A stretch of DNA of 64,000 bases from Eledone cirrhosa (lineage: Eukaryota), in assembly GCA_964016885.1 (NCBI GenBank), contig OZ024747.1, positions 6,758,001-6,822,000 on the forward strand, read 5' to 3'. Each line of letters starts with the position of its first letter. Position 1 is the stretch's first letter. Positions 1-12,100 of the stretch are shown piece after piece. The notes under the pieces are model-generated. The model had not been told where the DNA came from, did not search any database, and saw only the letters and a list, made by a program, of their open reading frames with translations. The position numbers were made by a program, and so were the translations under genes.

Positions 1-403
1 GATAATGGATAGATTTAGGGAGTTTCCTTGAAAAAAGTGAGTTGGATTTCCAAGAGAGTACAATCAATTCTGAAAGTAGAAACAAAACAAAACAAAACAA
101 AAAAAAAAGAAGAAAAAACCCATATACCAAAAATAAAAATGTAAAAAAATAAAATAAAATAAAGGTTAACAAAATAAAAATTTTGTAGAATAAAGCAGGG
201 ATTCTGAAAATAGGGATTTTAGCAAAAGAAGAGGAATGTTAGTCAGGGGAAAATCATCATAGTGTATTGGTGTGTATTGTTTAGTTGGTACACCAGTTTA
301 AGCACTCAATGCTAATAGTTGGGTTCAGCTACCAATGTGGAATTCTACATTCGGTATTTCATCATCATCGTTTAACATCCATCTTCCATACTAACATCGG
401 TAG

Positions 404-444
<41 letters not shown>

Positions 445-741
445 ATGAAATACCTATATACCCAACTATAGTATACATTGTGTATATGTATATCAAATGA
501 AATACAAATATGCCCATTGTTCATTGTATATAAATATATATATAAGTTATTTCGGGTTGAATCGGAGGTAACCACAGTAAGTAAGGTACTCAATACATAG
601 CAGAGTATAAATGTTTTAATATAGAAGAGCTTCTTTTAATATTGAAGCTCTTCTATATTAAAATATATATATATGTATGTATGTGTGAAATAAAATACCT
701 ATATACCCGACTAGAGCGAATTGTGTATATATATATATAGC

Positions 742-777
<36 letters not shown>

Positions 778-1440
778 AATGAAATACCAATATACCCAAC
801 TATAAGGACTATCATGAATTAACATTTCACAAAAAAATCTGGTTCATCAACCTAGTCATGTTGTTATGTTACTTGGATGAAAAGTCACTAGATGACAATT
901 GAAAAAGGGGAGGGTGGGGACAGGATTTCTGAGAACCACTGGTTTACAGTATGTGATATATGACATGATTATCAATTTTGGATCAGTCAAAAAATGCTTG
1001 TTTTGGGGTCATTTTATATTCTGTTTATATGTATGTGTGTTTATATATATATATATGTGTGTGTATATGTATATATAAACACAAACATGTATGCAATATA
1101 CATATATATATATATATCGAGAGAGAGAAAGAGAGAGACTCAGTTTTCATTTACCAAATTCCACTCACAAGGCATTGACCAGTCTGATGCGGAGTGGGTA
1201 TATTGAAGAGGTAGAATCCCAACGGCAAGCTCAGCCATTGAGATTCTACTCCTTTAACACGTGTATGTATATGTGCGTATTTATGGTTGTGTGTGTGCAC
1301 GCGCATGTGTCAGTGTGTGTGTATATAAAAACTTGGATGCAGATGTAAAATTTCAGTAAAAAATATGGTAAGAATGTTCTGGAAAGAAAAAAAAAAGAAA
1401 GAAGGACGAGAAATGAAATATAAGTTGCAAGCAAAAATGT

Positions 1441-3177
1441 TCATTCCTTAGTCTTTGCATGCTGCTTATAGTAAGACATAGTCCAGGGAGTGACCCTTTT
1501 AAGGTTTGGGATATAATAACCAGTATTTTGTATAGTAGGGAGAGGTTTGGGATCCTTCTGGATATATACGATTGGTACATCATCTTCTGGGTTGACCTCA
1601 TCCAAACATTGACCAGGTGATGGCTGTGTGTTGCCTGAATCGCAGTCTTCGTTATCAATACTAAACATGGGCAGTCGTTCTTGTCTGTACTTAACAATTG
1701 GAGCAGGGCTTATGAAAACCAAATCATTCTCTTTATCTAAATGGTTGAAACTAGGTTGAGGTACTTCATTCAGATCATATTCTGGTCTTGGTAATGTAAA
1801 TGGCCCTGTGGGCTCTTCCATACTTTTCAGCTGTCTTATTAAATACTTGTGTTGATTAGCTAAGAAATCAAAATTAATGTTTGGAAATTCTGATTCAGGT
1901 AATCTGTATTGTTCCAAATCATGAGGCAGTATATGTTTGTGCAGATTTGGGGAATTGAGACAGGCTTTGATCATCTGCTTGTATTCAGTTTTTTTACGCG
2001 AGCTGGCTGGAGTTGTGGGTGTGGTAGAGGCAGGAAATGGGTTAGAAACTCTACGTAGTCTGGTACATTTTGGTGTCTTACAAGAATTGTCCACTTCAGA
2101 GATGTTTCTTTTCAGATATGGTTGGTTTTCTCTGTTGACAGAGCGACTCCAGATTGGAGATGGCCCATTATTCACATTCTCTTGGTTCTGTGGCAACATT
2201 CGTGACTTTAATATGTCAGATTTTAATACAGGCAGTGCTGAGTTTTCTTTGTGGTTAGTAAATGAAGACGTGCGACGCACAGCATGCTCCTTGATATTGC
2301 ATGGCTGTATAGATTCATTAGCTGAAGATGCTCGTCGGACAGAACAACCTTTATCAATTGAAGATGATTGTGGAGTTGAAATAATTCCTGGTTGGATGAG
2401 ATTCTTAGATGGTACTTGGGCTCTTTGTAAAATCTTTTTAGTTTCATTAGTCACCTTAAAACTTGCTACAGCATTTGGCCTGTGTGTTCTTTTAATTTCT
2501 GAAGCACTGCATGACCGCTTGTTTGGCGGATATAAAACATCAACATCCTGCCCATTGTCAATAGACCGAGACCGGGTACGACGAGAAACTGGTGATCCAG
2601 GTGGTTTCCTGCTCTGCACAGAATGGTCACAAAGAACAAGATCCCTTTTACTAAGAGTTTTGTCAATGCTTCCTTTCATATTTTTCTCAAAGGTCTCTCC
2701 AGACAGATCGACACGTTGTTTGTGTGGCACAAAAATGACTGTGCCTCCAGATATAGTAGAAAAGCCAGCATCTGACTGGTCAGAGTCAGACTCATTCTCC
2801 TCTGTTGTAGGCAACACAACTGTCTTAGGACAATTCTGCAACTGGTTTTTGCTACACAATTGCTTCTCTTTGACAGGACCTTTTGGTATATTGGTATAAC
2901 TGCTACTCTCACCTGAGCTTTTTTTCGTACAAGTCACCAAAGAAACTGAAGCACTTGCAATGGAAGATACTTTCTTCTCCTTCACAGGAATTTTAGAAAC
3001 AGACCAATCATCTTTGCGTCTCTTCAAGAAACGCTGAAAAGGGCTTGCACTTCTCTTCCTTTGTCTAACACTGCCGGAAGATTTCCTATCCTGACGACTA
3101 CGGTCCTTAGATGCTGCTGTTGCTGCTACGCTAATTTGATCTGACTTCCCTGCCTTTGATTTCGCTTCTTCGATCTT
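1441..3177 (-). CDS. ARHGAP11A: ARHGAP11-like last exon (long S/P/K/R-rich low-complexity tail)
   Basis: ttaacag acceptor; open frame continuous with ORF 1441..3027, stop TGA at 1441-1443. Confidence 0.85.
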   Translation of the reverse strand, partial: KIEEAKSKAGKSDQISVAATAASKDRSRQDRKSSGSVRQRKRSASPFQRFLKRRKDDWSVSKIPVKEKKVSSIASASVSLVTCTKKSSGESSSYTNIPKGPVKEKQLCSKNQLQNCPKTVVLPTTEENESDSDQSDAGFSTISGGTVIFVPHKQRVDLSGETFEKNMKGSIDKTLSKRDLVLCDHSVQSRKPPGSPVSRRTRSRSIDNGQDVDVLYPPNKRSCSASEIKRTHRPNAVASFKVTNETKKILQRAQVPSKNLIQPGIISTPQSSSIDKGCSVRRASSANESIQPCNIKEHAVRRTSSFTNHKENSALPVLKSDILKSRMLPQNQENVNNGPSPIWSRSVNRENQPYLKRNISEVDNSCKTPKCTRLRRVSNPFPASTTPTTPASSRKKTEYKQMIKACLNSPNLHKHILPHDLEQYRLPESEFPNINFDFLANQHKYLIRQLKSMEEPTGPFTLPRPEYDLNEVPQPSFNHLDKENDLVFISPAPIVKYRQERLPMFSIDNEDCDSGNTQPSPGQCLDEVNPEDDVPIVYIQKDPKPLPTIQNTGYYIPNLKRVTPWTMSYYKQHAKTKE

Positions 3178-6100
3178 CTGTTAATGGGGTAAAAGTAAAA
3201 GACAATGAACAACAGCCAACAAATAGTCTAATCGTTGAAACATTAAGATTCAGTAATGTTATTTGCTCTTGTGATATATCACAAAAGCAATATTAGTGCA
3301 GTGCAGTGTTATTGTGACACATCATAAGCTAGACATTAATGCAGTATATTTAATTGAGACACATCACAAATACATTATATGTACAATACATTTCAATTGT
3401 CAGACATCATAAAAGCAATAGCATCAGAAACAGCAAATTGCAATTATGATACAAAATAAATGCAACAATCTTAACACCAGATTCTAATGAGAATATTACT
3501 AGGAAAGCAAGGTAAATCCTAAGATAGGGCTACTTCAAGGGTCATATAACAGACCTGTTGGCTTTCTCATAATTCAATCAATATGTCTTCTCTAACAAAA
3601 TGATGGATGTTCTAACAAAACAGCTGGCATGTGAAGCACACAATATATGTGGCAAATACACTTAGGTAGGAACACACTTGATTAGGACATACAGATGCAC
3701 TTAGGACATAAATGCACTTATGACATACAGATGCACTTGGGACATACAGATGCACCAACCTTTTTCTGATACATTTCTTAATAAACGAAATACCTGCTAA
3801 TTCTGAACACATATTTGATTTATTGAGATTCTAATGATATAACTCTGTTGCTACTCCAAGTGTGTTGTACTCAAGTGTTTGTTCAGAAAGATATCTAATT
3901 ACATAGGTTTGAACTCAGAACATAGAAAGTTGTAACTAAATACTCTATTTTGTCTGATGCCGTATGAACATCGGACATGACCACCACTTTAATAATGATT
4001 TCTTATTTCGGTACAAGACCAACAATTTGGGGTAAGGGGAAAGCTGATTATATCCAGCCCACTACATGGCTGGTACTTTATTTTAACCAACCCCAGAAAG
4101 ATAAAAGGCAAAGTTGACCTCAATAGGATTTGAACTCAGAACACAAAACAATTTATCCAATGCTCTAGTGGTTCGGGGACTGCATTATTCAATGTGTCCT
4201 TCATTCTTTTAAGATGGTAGGGTGAAATCTGAGGGACATTTGGTTGCTATATTTAACTAATCAAGTTACCTCATCAAGGCTCCATAGCCCAAAGACATTT
4301 CAAACTAATGATGGAGCCCTACATAGCAACAAGAAAGCCTCTATGAGCTCAATTGATCAAATCTCCCACAAATCAAACCGTACTGTCTTTAAAAAAAAAA
4401 ATAAAGATACATCAGATAACATTGCCCAGGATATGAAGAGAAGACAAGATGGTCATGGCTGGAATGCTTTTGGTTATAGGTCTATATTATAAGTGGTGAG
4501 CTGGACTGGGCATAAACAATAACAACAAAAACAATGATATAAACAGGATGAAGAGTGTTGGGAAGGCATAATACGTTATTGAGGTGAAGCAGTGAATGTG
4601 TGCTGTAGAATGTTTTAGTGTGGAAATATTGGCATAGCTAATGCAGAGAGACAGAGATATGTGAAGGTGAGAGGAGGACATGCTTATAGTAGATCAGAAG
4701 ATGAAGAAGCAAAATGCATTGAGGAAGGATAAGTGAATGCATCAAGGAAAAGGTTAAAAAGGTTTATGTTGAAAAATAGTTAACAGAGTAATACGTGAGA
4801 GCAGCAACACAAGGCACAGGAGATTACATTGCATATAAAACAGAAACTAATGCACAGTTATACATATAATATAACATAATTGTTTCTACTTTTGGCACAA
4901 GGCCAGCAATTATCCAGTACATTACTGGTACTTTATTTTATCGACCCCGTAAGGATGAAAGGCAAAGTAAACCTCAGCGGGATTTGAACTCAGAATGGCA
5001 AGGACCGTAACTCTATGCGTCAAAGCATGGCGTCCGACCCTCTACCGATACTGCCAATTCACCACCCTCATAATATAACATAATAATAAAGTATAATATA
5101 ATGATTTCAAACATTAGATAATGGTTTCTGATTTAGGAACAAGGCCAACAATTTTTTGTGTGAGGAGGGGAAAGTCGATTAAATTGACCCCAGTGCATTA
5201 CTGGTGCTTTATTTTATCGACCCCGTAAGGATGAAAAGTAAAGCTATTAAATAATAAAAACATTATTAACATAGGCATAATTTTACAAGAGGGAACAGTT
5301 AGTTATATCATTCTCTGAGGAACATTAACTGGTACTTAATTTTATAAACCTCAAAAGGATAAAAGACCAAGTCAACCTTGGAGTCAACTTTGTGAGCTAC
5401 ATGACAGTATCATACTCATCGTGGTTTCTTTTTAGAGGCAGTGTTTTATAGTTAGAAGCCCTTCATGATGTGAAATCTTTTAGTCTTCTCTTACAACATG
5501 CAGGGATATGATGTTCCTATCCTAACACATTATATTGTAATGTCATGATAAAACACTCCCAGCTCACTCTTTAAAGTGATAGTGCTGGTGCAACAATAAA
5601 AAAAACACCCAGCCTACCCTGTAAGGTGGTAGTGATGGTGTTCTGATAAATTCACTCCCAGTACACTCCGTGAAGTCATTGGCATTAGAAAAGGCATCTA
5701 GCCATAGAAATCATTCCAAAAATGGAACCTATAGACAAAATGTGGTTATCTGACTGATCTAGTCTCTAAAGGTAACAACCAATCTAATGGCTTAGATATT
5801 AAACAGTGATGATAATCATCATCATCATCATCTGTTTTACGTCCATTCTTCCATGCAAGCATGGGTTAGACGGGTTGTCCTGTTGTGGGCAATGCCCAGT
5901 CAGGTGACCCTGTCTTGCTCATACAGAACTGATTTTGGCTTGATTTCTACAGCTGGATGCCCTTCCTCATTTACAGTGAGTACTGGGTGCTTTTTTTGAA
6001 GTGACACCTAAACAACTACTTTACAGTGGAAGGGGTGGGGCTTACTAATATATCATATCATACATAATTAAATTTAATATAACAATAATATATAATACAA

Positions 6101-9100
6101 TACAGTGTAATATAATATACAATACAAATCAATACAATACAATTATACAACAAAAATAATTGTAATTAACAGGCCGTAAGACCATTGAGGCCATTGTTTT
6201 AACACAATGGTTTGATGTTATTGGGAGATCAATATAGCTTTGACAAGTAGAATAAACTATAGTCTGGTAGTTTTGCAATCCTGGTTCAAAAGTTATGAAT
6301 GTTTTTCAATTTAGAGAGAAAATAAATGAAACCAAGGTCATAAGTAGAGTATTTTATCATTTATTGAAGTTATCTTCATGACTACTGCCTGAAGTATCAC
6401 TTTCACCTTCATCAATACTGCCTGAAGTATCACTTTCACCATTACTGATTTCATCTTCCGACTCTTCATCGTCTTCAGTGGCTCTAATATACTCGTAAAG
6501 CTTGTTCAGATGAGAATTAGCCTTGTTAATGCATCTTTGGACTGTTTTGCTCTCCAGATTCTGAAATGATGCAATCAGTCGTGCCAGCACTTGCTCAAAG
6601 GTGGTGTTTTTGGTATACTGTCTTCCCACTTCTCCCTTGACAATAGCCCATATGAGCTCGATCAGCTGCAAATTGGAATGATGCGGTGAAAAAAAGATGA
6701 CCTCATGACCTTTCTCTTGACATGGAACAAACGACTGGAAAGACATGTATTTTGTTGTACTCCCTCAGCTTTTCCTATAGCACACACTTCAGATCTCCTG
6801 CTTCGAATGGAATCTCTCATTCTCGACATGCCGTCTGCATTTGAGCCTTCTACAATCCTTTTGGTGTTGATTCAGGGAGATTAGAGTGATATTTGGTCCA
6901 GATTTCACTGCAGGGCTTTTACTTCAACCAAGGACATCTGCAGTACGGTTCGTGGCATCTGCATTCTTCTTCATTCACCCAGGTCTTTTATTACTGTGCA
7001 ACATGATGTGTTCATGAGGTAATTTGGCTTGTATAGAGAGAATATCCAGCTTCTCCTCCTTGGTAAGGCTCCTAGGTCGATTTTTTTCCACGAAACACTC
7101 CACAGATTCGAGAAATGGTTTACCCACAACCTAATGCTTCTTCAAGGGAGTTTAAGAAACATTTTCCTGTCTTTTGTTTCTTCTCGGCTCCAAAACATGA
7201 TCTTCAATTTGGTCCTTTACTTCAATTCTTTCTATAACTTTTGATCTGGAGAGGAGAGAAAAATTAATGGTACAAAAGAAAGATCTTAACAAGCTCTCTA
7301 TAGTGATATAATTGGTTTAAACAGTAAAAACTGACTGAGTAAAACACAAAATAGGCCTCAATGGTGTCGTGGGCTGTAAATTAAAAACACAATTTATATT
7401 TAAATTGCAATATTTATCTTTTATATCATCTCCTTCCCATCAAATACAATCACAAAACATATCACAACACACATTCCAAATTAGGTCATTAAGTATGAAA
7501 TGTCCAATTTCTTTAACCCTCTAGCATTTACATTACTCTATATATACTATTATATTTTTGTGGTAAAGGCTTTATCTTACATAATTATCTCACATAATAT
7601 TGAATCTACGAGATTTTGATGTTATTTATTTTGAGAACAATACCTTAACGTTAGTATGAGTGGCCAGTTATGGCAGGTTTGAACAGAAAGTGGTGAGAGA
7701 ATTCTGGCTGTATATGGCTGATTTAAATGCGAAAGGGTTAAGCAATTTCAATTCAAAATCTAGATTGTTTTCCACTCTAGGTTTTATTTATATGCTGGTT
7801 TGATTGCCAAACACTTCCAGTAGATCCCTAGAGATAGCAACTACCACACACTAACTGAGACCATTATTGCCAATCTTCACTGCGACAAGATGTTCATGGT
7901 TGGAATACATTTGATCATAAGTCAACTGAATCAGGTGTGACCTCCAGCTAAATCCCTCACAAGCCATATCCTATTGTCTTAAAAAGTGGAAAACCCCACA
8001 GAATAATGTAGTCCAAGATATACTAAACTTTGAAAAAGAAAAGATAGGATGGTCATAAGTGGAATACTTTTAATTATATAGGCCTGCTTAATAAGGACTG
8101 ACTTGGGGGATAAATATATATATATATGATCCGAATTGACAAGATCCCAGAATAAGAAAACACAAACACACACACAACAGATAGATAAATAAAGAAAAAA
8201 ATAAAAGAAAATCAATAGAACAAAAAAGTTCCTGCAATGAAGCTTACTTTGGAATTTTTCGAGGAACACAAGGACTGGAAGAAAGGTTTGGTTTTTGCTT
8301 TCTTTGCAGGGGATATCGGAAGTCTGTGACAGAAGAAAGGGAAAATAGCAGATCAGAATAACAACCAATAATTTAACAATTTCTTTTCAATAAGCACAAA
8401 ATAAGATAAATATAATCTTTTGTTTGTTCGGGAAGTCTTCTATAGCCATATGCCTTTCTTAGTTATGAAATAATTAATAATTTTAGTAAATCTGTCAAAA
8501 TTCTTCATTAATTAATTGAAATAGAGTGACATTTCATTAGAAATATGGTGAAGAAAGGGTTAGAAGTGTATAATATGGTCAAGAAAGGGTTAGAAGTGTA
8601 TAATATGGTCAAGAAAGGGTTAGAAGTGTATAATATGGTGAAGAAGGGTTAGAAGTGTATAATATGGTCAAGAAGGGTTAGAAGTGTATAATATGGTCAA
8701 GAAAGGGTTAGAAGTGTATAATATGGTCAAGAAAGGGTTAGAAGTGTATAATATGGTCAAGAAGGGTTAGAAGTGTATAATATGGTCAAGAAGGGTTAGA
8801 AGTGTATAATATGGTCAAGAAGGGTTAGAAGTGTATAATATGGTCAAGAAGGGTTAGAAGTGTATAATATGGTCAAGAAGGGTTAGAAGTGTATAATATG
8901 GTCAAGAAGGGTTAGAAGTGTATAATATGGTCAAGAAGGGTTAGAAGTGTATAATATGGTCAAGAAGGGTTAGAAGTGTATAATATGGTCAAGAAAGGGT
9001 TAGAAGTGTATGAAGAACAGTGGTGTTATGAGAAGAAAAGGATATGAAAGCAAAAGAGAAAAAAACCAAAAGCTACCTTTCATTTGGACCAAGAGATCTG

Positions 9101-12100
9101 GACCTTCGATTTCCAGGTTTTACTGAAAAAATAGGAGGAAAAAAAACAATTAATCTGGTATTATTACATTGTTAAGGGCGGTGGATTGGCGGTGGATTGG
9201 CAGTATCGGTAGAGGGTCGGACGCCATGCTTTCCAGCATAGTTACGTCCCTTTACGATCTGAGTTCAAATCCCGCCGAGGTTGACTTTGCCTTTCATCCT
9301 TACGGGGTCGATAAAATAAAGTACCAGTAATGTACTGGGTAATTGCTGGCCTTGTGCCTAAAGTAGAAACAATTATTACATTGTTAAGATACCAACATCA
9401 TCATCCTTTTTATGTCTGCATTTCCATGTTGCATGGATTGGATGGTGGAGGCACATGTCCTAATGATAAGGGTGTTTGACTTACAATGATAATGCTGTGG
9501 GTTCAATCCCTGGGCTGGGCTGTGTGTAGTGTGTTCTTGAGCAAGACACTTCATTTCACATTGCTCCAGTATACTCAGTTGAAAATGTGTACCAGCAATA
9601 GCTGAGGGGAGTGGGGTTAATCCTGCAATGGACTGATGTTCTGTCCAGAGAGTAGTCTAGTACTCTCAGTTACTCATGCCACGGAAACCAGGATATGCAC
9701 CAACCCAATGAGCCTCCAAGCTCGAGACAGACTTTAGATGGATTGGATGGGTCTTTTCCAGCATATCCTCCTTCCACCCCATCTTTGTTTACAGTACAAT
9801 GTATCCAGGATTATATTTTCCTGAGTCCATATGTCTCTTTTGCTTTATGATGAGAAACATTTGGCTGCTATTTTTAGCAGGTCCAGAAAGTAGAGGCCGT
9901 TCTCTTTGGTGTATTGTGGAATTAGTTTGTAATGCTTGTAAATAATGTGTTCAGTACCCATGTGTGAAGTAATTCGTTAAAAACCTCTGGCCATTGGCAA
10001 TATGATATAGTTGAGAAAAGGTTCAATAGCTACTAACATTCTTAGTATAGAATTACTTCTAAACACAACCACAAGGATATGGTCTGAACGTGGAAGAGCT
10101 GAACTCCCACTGTCATCGCCTCCATCTCTCTCGCCCTCGCCCTCCCCATCTCTCTGTGTGGTGAACAAATGGGGTCCCACATGCTGGCCTCCCCACAGCC
10201 CGTGCGGACAGGATGGAGAAGGCGTTTTTTCAGAGGATGGTAAGGGAGATGCACTGGAAGAGCCATTCCATCTCGCGAGGCTCCCACCTGCGGCTGGCCA
10301 GCTCAGCGCCTATAGTGCTGAGTAAGGAGGTAGCCCTAGGGAGAAAAGTGGTTACTTTATTTTGAATGTTACTTACCTTTGACCTCTAAACGGGGAGTGC
10401 TTGGTAGAAGGGGCTGATCACCAAGTATTCGGGCTTTGCTGTAAATAAAAACAAGTAATAATTTTGTTATACGTTTCCTTCTATTAAATGTCGTTGTTTT
10501 GGAGGGTTTTTTGACTCTTGAAATGATTCTGCTATAAGAATGAGATTATCTGCATACAGTAAACACAGGAATGACTGAGTGGTTTAGGAGTTCAGTCTCG
10601 TACTGGGATCCATTCTTCCTCTATATCTCTTTCTCACTTCCATTCTATCACTCTCTATCCCTCTCTGGAAGAAATCTGCTGTATTCAGACCTAGAGAGGA
10701 GATGGGCTCCACTAGGTTTTAAAATGCCCTAAGAAACTCCATATTTCAATATGGCGCCTCTGTGACTCCCTCAGGAGTTGCAGGTCTATAAATACATACA
10801 AACTCTATTAAGAAGACTCTGTTAAAGAGCCAAGATAAAATTACTTGCTCCAATAAGGATACCTATAAATAAGAAGTATATCATAACATCAAAAGAACAT
10901 TCATTAAAAATATACAAAATATCTGTGGTCATTATAATCAGAGAACTGTGTTTAAGTGTAATAACATATTACACTGTTATCTAACAATGGTGGTAGTGGT
11001 GGTGGTGACAATGAAGAGAAAGGTATTGCCTACACTTGTGATACGGCTTACAAATAGAGGAAACAAGATAACTAACCCTAAATAGTAAAATCACAAAACA
11101 TTAAAAAGCTCTAATCAGAGATTTTAAAGAAAGTCAGGAATGGTGAATAAATGTATGGTATTAAATTAGAAATTATACACCACTACAAAATAAAGTTATC
11201 ATTATAGACAAAGAACTATAACAGAGACTACAACAGTACAGTTAACATTAGCTGAGGAGAACAACCCAATCTGTAAACATTGAGAACAAATGCAGACCAA
11301 TATGGCTGCCAATTACTACAAGTTTAAATATAACTTAAATTGACACACAATTTGTCTTATGCAACCATGGCTTAGAAAATAAAAATACTAATAAATTTCT
11401 TTGAAATAAAATGTTTTTGGTTCTTGGCATTGGATTCATTGTTATTTTTCAAACACAAATTAGTTTAATATTGGTTATATCAAAATCTTTGCTGTCTTAT
11501 TTATAATTTGGTCATCCTCTTAAAGCAGCAAATTGGCAGAGTATTGGATAAAATATCTTGTGGAGTTTATTCTGTCTCTTTGTCTTAAATCAAGTCAATG
11601 ACCAACAACCTCCTTCATGTTGGTGCCATGATAAAAATGCTCCCAGTACACTCTGTAAAGTGGTTGACATTAGGAAGGGCATCATGTTGCAGAAACCATG
11701 CTAAACAAAGTGTTGAGAGAACTCTTCAGTTGTGTCAAGAACATGACAACCTCCCTAGTACTGATACCACAATAAAATGCACCCAGTACACTCTGTAAAG
11801 TGCTGGGACATTGTAAGTGAGCCACAAGCCCCAGTTTGTCTGAGATGTCAGCAACTCCAATTATGTATTGACTCAGCCTCTATTAACCCATCCAACCCAT
11901 GCCAGCGTGGAAAAGCTGAAGATGATGATGAAATGAATTAGAAAAATTACCGTTTTGATGCTGACATCGCTGTATCTGTCACGCCAGATGCTGATTTTCG
12001 TTTGCCCAAAATGACAGGAGTAGATGGCTCTTTTACTTCAGTTTTCACAACTTGTTGTTCAACAGTAGCTAGAGATTCCTCAGAAGAAGACAAAGAACTT

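Noticed and set aside
1937-2899. 320-aa plus-strand ORF
   Set aside because: Antisense shadow of the ARHGAP11-like last exon; non-ATG start, no recognisable motifs
8542-9011. CRISPR-like or interstitial telomeric array
   Set aside because: No unique spacers, eukaryotic context, and only one GGGTTAG per 30-bp unit; it is a minisatellite
9176-9290. tRNA gene
   Set aside because: The tRNA-like head continues into a multi-copy SINE body; no complete cloverleaf
10011-10345. GC-richer ORF-like segment
   Set aside because: Dispersed repeat fragment (relatives at ~47490-47770, 49110-49340, 55040-55230), not an exon of the reconstructed genes
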